Of a stretch of DNA of 32,267 nt, positions 1-9,830 are shown piece by piece. A program made the position numbers and the translations under genes. Within the stretch, counting starts at the first letter, position 1, and each line of letters starts with the position of its first letter. A model generated the notes under the pieces. It was given only the letters and a program-made list of their open reading frames with translations, was not told where the DNA came from and did not search any database. The stretch is from Octopus bimaculoides (taxonomy: Eukaryota), in assembly GCF_001194135.2 (NCBI RefSeq), contig NC_069005.1, positions 2,508,886 through 2,541,152 of the forward strand, given 5' to 3'.

Positions 1-38
<38 letters not shown>
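1..38. repeat. (AT)n microsatellite
   Basis: Direct reading. Confidence 0.95.
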
Positions 39-42
<4 letters not shown>

Positions 43-124
43 AAAATTGTTACTGAGTATGACAAGGGTTGTTATGAAACACCTAGATTGCTAGAAATAA
101 GAGCTAACCCGGTCTAATGAAAAC

Positions 125-190
125 ATATAGCGGCAGACGAAATACCGCCAAGCATTTCGTCCGGCGTTGCTAACCTTTCTGCCAAATCGC
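125..190 (-). mobile_element. 5' head fragment of tRNA-derived SINE (family with GGGGTCGATAAAATAAGTACCAG core)
   Basis: Reverse complement GCGGCGATTTGGCAGAAAGGTTAGCAACGCCGGACGAAATGCTTGGCGGTATTTCGTC resembles the head of the copy at 13324. Confidence 0.6.
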
Positions 191-566
191 CGCATTCTTT
201 CTCTCAAAAATATTACAAGAGTTCTGCAGACATTTTTTGCTTTGGAAGCATCAACAAAGAGGCAAAAGAGGATATTCTTTTGTCATTCCTTGCTCTCTCT
301 CTATTTTACCAATTTTACTACTTTTTGAATGAGTTTCTGGCAGTTTGGCTTCTGTGTTAAATCTAATTTTGCATTGAATATCGATCGCATCAAATAAAAA
401 ATATTTCTATGAATATATGACTAGGTACATAAGTGTTGCTAATCTAACAACCCTGGAGTAAGCTAAAGGAGAAACATACAAATACTAACGGAACGATATA
501 ATGACCGAATTATCTTTTAAGAGATAAGAAACATTTATGGGGTGGGGGCTGTTGTAATGGAGACTT

Positions 567-1009
567 GTCTTTCATTTCTTACTTGTTTTAGTTATTGGAT
601 TACGACCATGCTGGAGCACCTTGAGGAATTTAGAATTGAATTCAAACGCAGAAGTAATGAACAGAATTTCAGTCAAACGAATCAACCAAAGTACCCATTT
701 ATATAAAGCCTGGTACTTATTCTAACGGTTTCTCATGCCGAACCGCTAGGTGACGGGGATGGAAACGCAGCAGTCCGGTTGCGAAGCGGTGGTGGAGTAC
801 AAACGCAGACACTAAGTCCTGAATTCGGATATACATTTGTATATACGACGTGCTTCTTTCAGTTTCCGTCTACCAGATCCACTCATAAGGTTTTGGTCAG
901 CTCGAGGCTATAGTCGAAGACAGTTACCCAAGGTACTACGCAGAGCGACTGAACCCGGAACCATGTGACTGGAAAGCAAACTTTTCCGTACACGGTCACA
1001 TCTGCGCCT
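567..1009 (-). mobile_element. Near full-length tRNA-derived SINE (family A; central conserved domain, probably Nin/Deu-type)
   Basis: Minus strand tRNA-like head with B-box-like GGTTCAGTC, core GAGTGGATCTGGTAGACGGAAACTGAAAGAAGCACGTCGTATA, 3' part ending CTCCAGCATGGTCGTAATCCAATAACTAAAACAAGTAAG; homologous to copies at 3775, 7392, 21925, 28640. Confidence 0.85.
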
Positions 1010-1868
1010 AAATTATAACCACTTTCAATTTAGTAGTTGTGAGACGGAATTTGAAGAAAGATTGACTTCGCTAAACAATGTGAGAGACAAACAAAGGTTA
1101 CGTTTCCCTGTACATATCAAAATCTGTCGAGGAAAACAATTTCACCTATTGCTAAGATAAGCAAAGATATGTTGCTCCAAGAAAAACTAAAAGAAAACGG
1201 GAAATTTATTGTTCCCTAACGTCACAATTGTTCTAAAATTGAATTCAAGCACATAGGTTATGTAGAGGTAGATATAAATTATATAAAAGCATTTAGTTGA
1301 AAGATGCGAAACTATAATATATACGAATCCTTGTCTGATAATTCTTAACAAAACTTAGTCTCCACACACACAGGCACACGTGCACGCACACACAAACACT
1401 CACACAAAAAATGCACGCATACATCCTTACATATGCATAAGGAATATGCGTTAAGAGGGAGATAACATTTTGTAGCATTGATTTAAGGTCACAGAATTAA
1501 ACCGACAGGTTAGTTTCGAATAAAGTGACTTATCTGGCTGAAGGCTATATCTATCTATTTATCTCTCTATCTATGTATTCTATAGAATGTGAAGTGGATA
1601 CTCGGCAAATTTGAACTTAAATCTTCCAGTGACGTAAATTAATTCCAGACCTTCGCGAACGCAGATTTTTCTTGGTTGAATACTGAATATTTGATATAAT
1701 GGAATATTTTATTGCCTTCAGGCATACAACATACGTATTCTGGACGATGAAAATATTTCAGTCACTCGATATGCTCCAATAAAATATGTTTTCATACACT
1801 ACAATTTACTACAATGTGTAACGATTTTATTCTACTTACCGCTGTTCAATACTCAGTCCGGCTGTATC

Positions 1869-2147
1869 TGTTTTTGGCTTCGAATGACGCTTTGTGGTGC
1901 AAATTATTGTGTCGTAACTACGTAGCTAAGAACGTGTGTTTTCTGCCATCAACTAATATCTTGTGACGTAAGTTAGATCATCCAATTTTTGCTGTTAACC
2001 TTCAGAGCAGGACATATTTCAAGATTCTCTTAAGCATAGAAACTTCATCATTCTCCAGTTCTATATTTAAGAGATGAGGAATTATGTACATTATTTACAT
2101 TATTTACATTTGACGATATTTGTCCTCATCTTGTTTGTTGTTAACAA
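1869..2147 (+). repeat. 279-bp direct duplication (second copy 2719-2997) flanking an N-gap
   Basis: Sequence TGTTTTTGGCTT...GTTGTTAACAA reads identically at both positions (offset 850); copy 1 ends and copy 2 begins exactly at the gap edges (gap 2148-2718). Confidence 0.9.
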
Positions 2148-2905
2148 NNNNNNNNNNNNNNNNNNNNNNNNNNNNNNNNNNNNNNNNNNNNNNNNNNNNN
2201 NNNNNNNNNNNNNNNNNNNNNNNNNNNNNNNNNNNNNNNNNNNNNNNNNNNNNNNNNNNNNNNNNNNNNNNNNNNNNNNNNNNNNNNNNNNNNNNNNNNN
2301 NNNNNNNNNNNNNNNNNNNNNNNNNNNNNNNNNNNNNNNNNNNNNNNNNNNNNNNNNNNNNNNNNNNNNNNNNNNNNNNNNNNNNNNNNNNNNNNNNNNN
2401 NNNNNNNNNNNNNNNNNNNNNNNNNNNNNNNNNNNNNNNNNNNNNNNNNNNNNNNNNNNNNNNNNNNNNNNNNNNNNNNNNNNNNNNNNNNNNNNNNNNN
2501 NNNNNNNNNNNNNNNNNNNNNNNNNNNNNNNNNNNNNNNNNNNNNNNNNNNNNNNNNNNNNNNNNNNNNNNNNNNNNNNNNNNNNNNNNNNNNNNNNNNN
2601 NNNNNNNNNNNNNNNNNNNNNNNNNNNNNNNNNNNNNNNNNNNNNNNNNNNNNNNNNNNNNNNNNNNNNNNNNNNNNNNNNNNNNNNNNNNNNNNNNNNN
2701 NNNNNNNNNNNNNNNNNNTGTTTTTGGCTTCGAATGACGCTTTGTGGTGCAAATTATTGTGTCGTAACTACGTAGCTAAGAACGTGTGTTTTCTGCCATC
2801 AACTAATATCTTGTGACGTAAGTTAGATCATCCAATTTTTGCTGTTAACCTTCAGAGCAGGACATATTTCAAGATTCTCTTAAGCATAGAAACTTCATCA
2901 TTCTC

Positions 2906-3073
2906 CAGTTCTATATTTAAGAGATGAGGAATTATGTACATTATTTACATTATTTACATTTGACGATATTTGTCCTCATCTTGTTTGTTGTTAACAAAAG
3001 GTTTCGGCTGATATACCTTCCAGCCTTCATCAGGTGCCTTGGCGAAATTTCGAACCCGGGTTCTCATTCCTAA
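2906..3073 (-). mobile_element. 3' part of a retroposon with Penelope-like tail carrying a hammerhead-like motif (partial second copy 2056-2147)
   Basis: Minus strand CCTGATGAAGGCTGG...TCAGCCGAAAC signature followed by AAATGTAAATAATGTAAATAATGTACATAATTCCTCATCTC; head absent. Confidence 0.6.
2993..3038 (-). ncRNA. Degenerate minimal type-I hammerhead ribozyme motif
   Basis: GGCAC-CUGAUGA-A-GGCUGG(aagguaua)UCAGCC-GAAA-C-CUU-UUGUU: both core boxes and a 6-bp stem II are intact; stem III (ACCU instead of palindromic ACGU) and the first stem I pair are mismatched. Confidence 0.55.
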
Positions 3074-3774
3074 TAAAAGACTACCAAGCATGCTCACAAT
3101 TTATGAATTCTTAGAGGATGGTGTACGTTTGGCAGATGTTTGAAAGTCACTTACGGTAGCAACACTAAATCTATACATATATCAGGAATGTGAATGTGGA
3201 CGATATTGGCGCCTAGGAGTTACGAAGCTATCCAAGGGGTCGATAAGCACCCCTAAAAAAATTTAAGCATTAAAGGTGCTGAATTATTAGCGGACTGAAT
3301 CTGGAAGGGCGCGGTAATTAAAAACTAAATCTCATTAATTTCCAGCCAAATATCGATGCCATGACTAAGATTCACCAAAAAGATATTTCCCATTAAATAT
3401 TCCGATTATATCAATAAAATATGATCGAAATTTTATTGGTCCTTATTAATTTCTTCAAGCATTTTCATGAAATTTCTCTAAATATTTATTAAAAAGCGGT
3501 TTTGATACAAAAACTTGATAGAATTATTATTTTAAAATCAAGTAATTTTGATTTTTAATTATACTTATTAATTTTAATTTAGATCTTTACATTATAAAGG
3601 TCGGTAAGTTAGCGATTTTATGAATCAACGAAACAAGTTTGCCAAACTTTGACGTAGATGGAATTATTAGCAACAGTCTCTGCAGATTTCTTGTATCTTC
3701 TCACAACACGCTGTCAGTTGCTGTGCTTTGGGAGATTTGTCACTACCCACCTGCGTCTCTCTATATATCGTTTG

Positions 3775-4162
3775 GGTTTTTATCGCTTTCGGTTATTGGA
3801 CTGCGGCCATGGTGGGGCACCGCCTTGAAGCACTTTTAATCCAATGAATCGACCGCGACCCGAGGACAAATTTTTAAAGCCTGGTACATATTTTATCAGC
3901 TATTTTGCCGAACAGTTAAGTTAAGGGGGCCGTAAACACACCAACATCGATTGTCAAGCGGTGGCGGGGGACAAACACAGATACACACACAAATGGAGGC
4001 ACGCACACACAGACACACACACACACTGAGGTCTTCATTTAATTTCCTCCTACCAAATCTGTCCGAGGCTTTAGTTGAAGACATTTTCCCAAAGTGCCGA
4101 GCAGCGGGACTGAACCCGGCACCACATGGCTGGGGAGCAAACTTCTTACCATACAGCCACAG
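3775..4162 (-). mobile_element. Family A SINE, diverged, with a short deletion in the central domain
   Basis: Alignable by eye to 567-1009 (GACTGCGGCCATG, AAAGCCTGGTAC, GACTGAACCCGG); lacks the CACTCATAAGGTTTTGG segment present in the 567-1009 copy. Confidence 0.8.
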
Positions 4163-4331
4163 GTCAGAAAAGAATTTCTTTCGTGTATTGGTTTGTGATC
4201 GATTATGTTTCGAGTTCATACCTTCCTTTCTCACTTTCATGTTCCGCAAAACATAAGACGAACCATGTGATGCATCGATACACGCGACAAAATTCTTCTT
4301 CTTCTTCTTCTTCTTCTTCTTCTTCTTCTTC

Positions 4332-4493
4332 TACCAACTTTATGTTCCAAATGTTGAAATTCCAACGTGTTTGGCTTTGCCTTTCATGTCTTCGGGGTCG
4401 ATAAATGAAGTAGCAGAAAAACACTGGCGTCGATTTTACTCCACTGGTCATCTCCCCTAACATTTGAGACCTTGTGCCGTCAGTAGAAAAAAA

Positions 4494-4494
<1 letters not shown>
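4332..4494 (+). mobile_element. SINE body (GCCTTTCAT..GGGGTCGATAAA core family) between (TTC)13 and (ATT)25
   Basis: CTTTGCCTTTCATGTCTTCGGGGTCGATAAATGAAGTAGCAG...ACTGGCGTCGAT...CCTTGTGCC homologous to 13324-13535 and 25235-25342. Confidence 0.7.

Positions 4495-4569
<75 letters not shown>
4495..4569. repeat. (ATT)25 microsatellite; (TTC)13 at 4293-4331
   Basis: Direct reading. Confidence 0.95.
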
Positions 4570-4571
<2 letters not shown>

Positions 4572-5773
4572 CGTCGTTTATATTGCGTAAACGTCTGCAC
4601 AATTAAAGATCGGTTAAATGATTGATTTGAGAATACCGAATTTACCTGCTTGAAATGTTAGTTCTCATGGAAATACCATAATTATATTTATTCATTAGTA
4701 TCCGTCTCTCCATCTCCCTCTGTGAGTGTGGCTATATACATATAAAATTATGTTAATGCTTGTATGTGTGTCTGGGCATATATCTGAGTGGGGAGAACGT
4801 ATGTGCGTTTATGCATATGCGTGTGTGTGTACGTGTTCATACGGGCGCCGGTGTATGTGTGTGCGCGACTCTCAGTGCTGTCCCTCTTTGCAATGCTAAT
4901 GTTATTAAAGCCTGATCATTTTTCATTTAATTTTATGACTTCCGATTTTAGCCCATGGATATTTAGGTTTCATTTATTCAGTACCATATTCGAAAATTTA
5001 CATGAGACATCATACATATATATATANNNNNNNNNNNNNNNNNNNNNNNNNNNNNNNNNNNNNNNNNNNNNNNNNNNNNNNNNNNNNNNNNNNNNNNNNN
5101 NNNNNNNNNNNNNNNNNNNNNNNNNNNNNNNNNNNNNNNNNNNNNNNNNNNNNNNNNNNNNNNNNNNNNNNNNNNNNNNNNNNNNNNNNNNNNNNNNNNN
5201 NNNNNNNNNNNNNNNNNNNNNNNNNNNNNNNNNNNNNNNNNNNNNNNNNNNNNNNNNNNNNNNNNNNNNNNNNNNNNNNNNNNNNNNNNNNNNNNNNNNN
5301 NNNNNNNNNNNNNNNNNNNNNNNNNNNNNNNNNNNNNNNNNNNNNNNNNNNNNNNNNNNNNNNNNNNNNNNNNNNNNNNNNNNNNNNNNNNNNNNNNNNN
5401 NNNNNNNNNNNNNNNNNNNNNNNNNNNNNNNNNNNNNNNNNNNNNNNNNNNNNNNNNNNNNNNNNNNNNNNNNNNNNNNNNNNNNNNNNNNNNNNNNNNN
5501 NNNNNNNNNNNNNNNNNNNNNNNNNNNNNNNNNNNNNNNNNNNNNNNNNNNNNNNNNNNNNNNNNNNNNNNNNNNNNNNNNNNNNNNNNNNNNNNNNNNN
5601 NNNNNNNNNNNNNNNNNNNNNNNNNNNNNNNNNNNNNNNNNNNNNNNNNNNNNNNNNNNNNNNNNNNNNNNNNNNNNNNNNNNNNNNNNNNNNNNNNNNN
5701 NNNNNNNNNNNNNNNNNNNNNNNNNNNNNATATGCGTTCTGACATTTTAGCACATAATTAGGTGAGAAATTAC

Positions 5774-5838
5774 TGTACTCCTTGAACCAGATCGTTAACC
5801 CTGCTCTCAGAAACCTTCCATTGTGCTTCACTCATATT
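5774..5838 (-). CDS. Possible fifth exon NMSEAQWKVSESRVNDLVQGV (phase 0/2, or terminal with stop at 5772-5770)
   Basis: Acceptor ccattactAG (5840-5839), open frame, donor ACA|GTAATT. A competing stronger acceptor (tgtgtctctttccAG/cAG at 5917/5914) would instead give a short terminal exon QCNNNRKTLTLSV*. Confidence 0.28.
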
Positions 5839-6041
5839 CTAGTAATGGAATCCGTTGGCTATTATTATGTATTCTATACACTTAGAGTCAGTGTCTTTCT
5901 ATTATTATTACACTGCTGGAAAGAGACACAGACTTTGCAATAACGGAATAATGGAGCCAGTGTGGCATTGATGTATTTATAAGAGATGGTTAGTGTATCT
6001 TTGTGAAGTCTAAATCGATTGATTTATAACAAGAAACATAC

Positions 6042-6227
6042 CTTGAATGCTGTGTTCTTGGCTTTAAATAAAACGTCTAAGGACTTATCGACTATAATAA
6101 AACGATACTGCATTTTAGCATGTCTTTCAGTATGTAAGGATTTATTTTTTGGCTTTTTCTGGTTTGTTTCTGAGTAATGAGCAACGATCGTGTAGTTTGG
6201 TGGACCTTGTACTCTCACGGAAATGAT
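6042..6227 (-). CDS. Candidate internal coding exon (186 nt, phase 0/0) of an unidentified spliced gene: IISVRVQGPPNYTIVAHYSETNQKKPKNKSLHTERHAKMQYRFIIVDKSLDVLFKAKNTAFK
   Basis: Minus strand acceptor cattcattttgtAG (AG at 6229-6228), stop-free 62 codons, donor AAG|GTATGT (GT at 6041-6040); an in-frame stop immediately upstream means splicing is required. Overlaps track ORF 6024..6218. Confidence 0.58.
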
Positions 6228-6359
6228 CTACAAAATGAATGTTTCTTTTCAATGATTAGAAGTCTATAGAAACTGGAAAAAGGATTGCAGAGAAAGAATT
6301 CAAAAGAACAGTCAAGTGAGGAAGAATTATAAGTTGTTGATTTGATTGCGTCTTCATAC

Positions 6360-6411
6360 TGTGAAAGTACTGATGGTTGAATTCTTCAATAATGCGCTAC
6401 TACCAGCTTTC
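6360..6411 (-). CDS. Candidate coding exon (52 nt, phase 2/0): (M)KAGSSALLKNSTISTFT
   Basis: Acceptor taagctttcAG (6413-6412), donor ACA|GTATGA (6359-6358); phase fits both neighbours; the 132-nt downstream intron is pyrimidine-rich. Confidence 0.45.
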
Positions 6412-6590
6412 CTGAAAGCTTAACCTATGCAAACCCTATTTCTGTGCCCGTCATATCTCGTACCACATGAAAATCGACGTTGTATATATTGTAAATATTC
6501 AAATGTCGCCAATATCATTCCAAATCCTGTTGTATTTCTCATGGATATTTTAGGTCTACAAAATTCGTCTTGGTATATAAGTCGACCTAC

Positions 6591-6708
6591 ATTGTTTGGC
6601 GGAAAATTTGTATCTGAACAGTTCGACTTTTATGCCGAAAAATACTGTAACTTCCATTTTGTATTAAAGGTAGTTCATTTAAATTCCACAGTTGTGTTCC
6701 TTTTCTTT
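6591..6708 (-). CDS. Candidate coding exon (118 nt, phase 1/2): (K)RKGTQLWNLNELPLIQNGSYSIFRHKSRTVQIQIFRQT(M)
   Basis: Acceptor ttaattatggtctAG (6710-6709; weak pyrimidine tract), open frame, donor AAT|GTAGGT (6590-6589); terminal AT + G of the next exon rebuilds an ATG codon. Confidence 0.5.
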
Positions 6709-7086
6709 CTAGACCATAATTAACCATTAAATGTGCAATATTTACCAATTAATTAATATATCTTGGTTTGTTACGTTATTTTTCCTATCATTTTACAATA
6801 AATCATATGACGTCATTGAAATATCTAAACATTAATAGATGTTTTAGCATTGATTTTACAGTTTCAAATAACCGGAAGAATTTATAAGTGCAGGAAATCG
6901 TTCGGGGGAAATAGTTTTAAAACCCCACAAGTGGATTCTCTCAAATCGTTGACTTCGAGTAGATTCTCTTTAGAATAAAATGATGAAAGGAATAACATAA
7001 ATAATACTACACGTTATAAACAAAATTATTTATATATCAAAGAATGGTAAAACTGAAAATACGGCTTCTTTAGGGATTTATCTTAC

Positions 7087-7096
7087 TGGAGTCCAT
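7087..7096 (-). CDS. Candidate first coding segment ATG GAC TCC A| (MDS, phase 1)
   Basis: ATG at 7096-7094 followed by donor CCA|GTAAGA (7086-7081); phase 1 matches exon 6591-6708. Could instead be the end of a 26-nt internal exon with acceptor ttttgaaAG. Confidence 0.4.
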
Positions 7097-7326
7097 CCCT
7101 GATGAGGTGCCGCTTTCAAAAGTTTGAAACGATTATATAAAATGTAATTCTTATTTCAATCGGTTATTATTTAGTCGATATTGTTTGTCGAACTGGTAAG
7201 TGACAGGAAAGGGGAAAAATCATGAACAACGGGTGACGTTTGACTACAAACATAAGCACGCCTAACACCCAGATATATATATAGGTCAATCTTTAAGAAA
7301 CCGCTTGCTCTGCGTGCTTTAGCTTC

Positions 7327-7340
7327 GTTACTATGGCAAC
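7327..7340. promoter_or_regulatory. RFX X-box motif GTTACTATGGCAAC
   Basis: 14-nt imperfect palindrome matching the X-box consensus GTTNCYATRGNAAC; in unique sequence ~230 bp upstream of the candidate ATG at 7096. Confidence 0.55.
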
Positions 7341-7391
7341 AGTCCACATACTTCATCAATTTCGTCTGCCGAACCAAATGTACTTAGAAAG

Positions 7392-7503
7392 TTTTCGTCG
7401 GCTTGAGACTATAGTTCCGGACATTTTCTTCAGTTACACGCAGTCAGACTGAACCTGGAACCAAGTGGCCGGAAAGCAAGATTCTTGCCACGCAGCCACA
7501 CCG
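7392..7503 (-). mobile_element. Family A SINE 5' fragment
   Basis: GACTGAACCTGGAACCAAGTGG..GAAAGCAAG..CCACGCAGCCAC matches the heads at 950-1009 and 4105-4162. Confidence 0.7.
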
Positions 7504-7566
7504 ATGTACACATACGATTGTGCTCTGGACGTTTACTCGCGAGATTACAGAAAGAGATGTTTGATG

Positions 7567-7645
7567 GAGGTACCACGCAATCAGATCGAACTAGAAATCA
7601 CGCGTCTACCAAACGAACTTATTAACCACACAGCCTTGCCAGTAC
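7567..7645 (-). mobile_element. Second, more decayed family A SINE head
   Basis: AGGTACCACGCAATCAGATCGAACTAGAAATCACG...TTAACCACACAGCC aligns loosely with the head at 7440-7503. Confidence 0.45.
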
Positions 7646-8126
7646 CAACTAGCGAATACAAGGATAGATTTATTGATAACGTTGTTTAGTTGTGTAGACA
7701 TTATATAACATGTCGTGCGTGTTATATATTTTATGGTATGAAATAAATCGGATCCATGTATCGTTCGGATAGAAAAGCTCCATAGATTAAGTGTGCATAT
7801 AGCGTGTTGAGAGACAGGAAATCCGGATTAACATAGACAAGTTAATGACGCTGATGACGATAATATAAACTCCCATTTGCTACACTGAACACATAAAAAG
7901 TGCACATGCGTACTATTGAGGCGAGTTTCGCGTATGATTGAGCAGGATATAAAATCGATTAATAATCAAAATATCGCGATAGAAAACAGCAAACTGGTTT
8001 CACACAGGAAGTCAATTACGATAGTAAGAAGAAATGCCATATACATATGAACACATACACATGTATGTATGTATGTATGTGTGTGTATAAATATATAAAA
8101 ATACATATTACAGACTCGACGCTTCC

Positions 8127-8127
<1 letters not shown>

Positions 8128-8198
<71 letters not shown>

Positions 8199-8223
8199 TA
8201 TATATATACACACACACACACAC

Positions 8224-8254
<31 letters not shown>

Positions 8255-8265
8255 GATATATATAT

Positions 8266-8352
<87 letters not shown>

Positions 8353-8438
8353 CATACATATATACATATACATACACACACATACTTATGTATAGATCTG
8401 TATGTATAAGTTTCTGTATATATATGATATACATAAAT

Positions 8439-8472
<34 letters not shown>

Positions 8473-8540
8473 GATGAGGAGGAGGAGGAGAGGAGGAAGA
8501 GGAGGAGAAGAAGAAGAAGAAGAAGAAGGAAGAAGAGGAA
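8128..8540. repeat. Compound microsatellite (CA)n/(TA)n then (AGT)n, (GGA)n, (GAA)n
   Basis: Direct reading. Confidence 0.95.
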
Positions 8541-8809
8541 GAAGAATAAAAAGAAGAAGGTGTTAGTAGTGCTGGTTATTGTGGCGTTAATGACGACAAT
8601 TATCCCCAGGAGGTTGCCCCCGATCGAGTAGACCCGTGTTCAAACACTTTCACGATACTGTGTGTCTCATTTCTAGCACTCTCTTCCTTGTTTCCAAAAA
8701 TGCACTTGACAAGAACGACTGTAGGAAACTTCTGTCACAGCGGCTTTTGTCTTAGATGTCTAGGATACAGTTCAATATTTTCTTTCTAGTTCAGGATGTG
8801 CGTATATGT

Positions 8810-9607
8810 ATTGAGCATTGATTGTTGCATTAGGGTGGAGCAATTCAAAGTGAATTACTCTTTTGCACTCCCACCAGATAGAAAGATGAACGTTTTTTCC
8901 CTAAAGTTCCCTTCTCGTTTGCAGTTCAGCTTTTTTTCTTTTTACCAAGCCATTGTTTACGACATTTTGATAGAAGATTCATTTTTCATCACCAGTCACA
9001 AGTCAACCCAAAAAGGGTGAAATGAGTTCGCGAGAATGGAGAGAAAAGCAGATGTCTACTCGGGATTTATGGTTGCTTTCAGACACTTCATGAGGCACCC
9101 ATTCTCCAAGTTTAAGGACCTTTCGAAGTTGTTGAAGAATGAATAGTTGTATGGTTTGAACCAAGCTTTATAGCCAATTCTTCAATTGATAATGCAGGAT
9201 TTTCTTCAAGTAATGTCCCAAGGAGCTTATCATCAAACTGAACTGGACGTCCTGTTCGATCTTCATTTTCAAGGCTGAAATCTCCGCTTCTGAATTCTGC
9301 AAGTTCTTTCATTCAAGCATTCTTTCCCATAAGTGTATGTTTCGAGTCGCTTCGTCTGCAGTTTCCTTTTTTGTACTCATAAAGCATTATGTGCCTCAAA
9401 TGCTCTTTGGATACTTCCATGTTAGAAAGGGTCTTAATCAAAGAAATTTCAATTCTATTATTCTGTAAAAATAATATTTAATTAGTTTAAATGTACACAA
9501 ATGCATAAAAATAATTTTTTAAATTCCATTAGACATTCTAAAATACAATTAAATTACCTTCAATTTTAAAAAAGATAAAATCGGACAGAACTTATGGGAT
9601 GACCTAA
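8810..9607 (-). mobile_element. Mariner (Tc1/mariner, DD34D-type) transposon, 5' half, transposase pseudogene
   Basis: TA + TIR-like TTAGGTCATCCCATAAGTTCTGTCCG at 9609-9580; ATG at 9420 gives MEVSKEHLRHIMLYEYKKGN; then FRSGDFSLENEDRTGRPV (HTH linker), WVPHEV (9101-9084), VTGDEK* (first catalytic D, W mutated to stop), IWWECKRVIHFELLHPNATINAQY; frameshifts and stops; 3' half and right TIR missing. Confidence 0.92.
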
Positions 9608-9609
9608 TA

Positions 9610-9769
9610 TATATACAGACACATACACAAACACACACACAAACACATATATATACACATATGTGTGTGTGTTTATGTAGATATATATTCATCTCTATAT
9701 ATATATATATGCATATATACATATATATATACACACATATATATACATATGTATATGTGTATCTTTCCT

Positions 9770-9830
<61 letters not shown>
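9610..9830. repeat. Compound (CA/TA)n and (TATC)n microsatellite adjoining the mariner end
   Basis: Direct reading. Confidence 0.9.

Noticed and set aside
1722-1925. Plus-strand open stretch after a strong acceptor, and an opposing minus-strand donor at ~1840
   Set aside because: Mutually competing interpretations, no recognisable protein, and part lies in the gap-flanking duplication.
7099-7130. Plus-strand CTGATGAG...GAAAC resembling a hammerhead core
   Set aside because: No stem II closing the two boxes and no stem I complement; better explained as the antisense of the candidate first exon.
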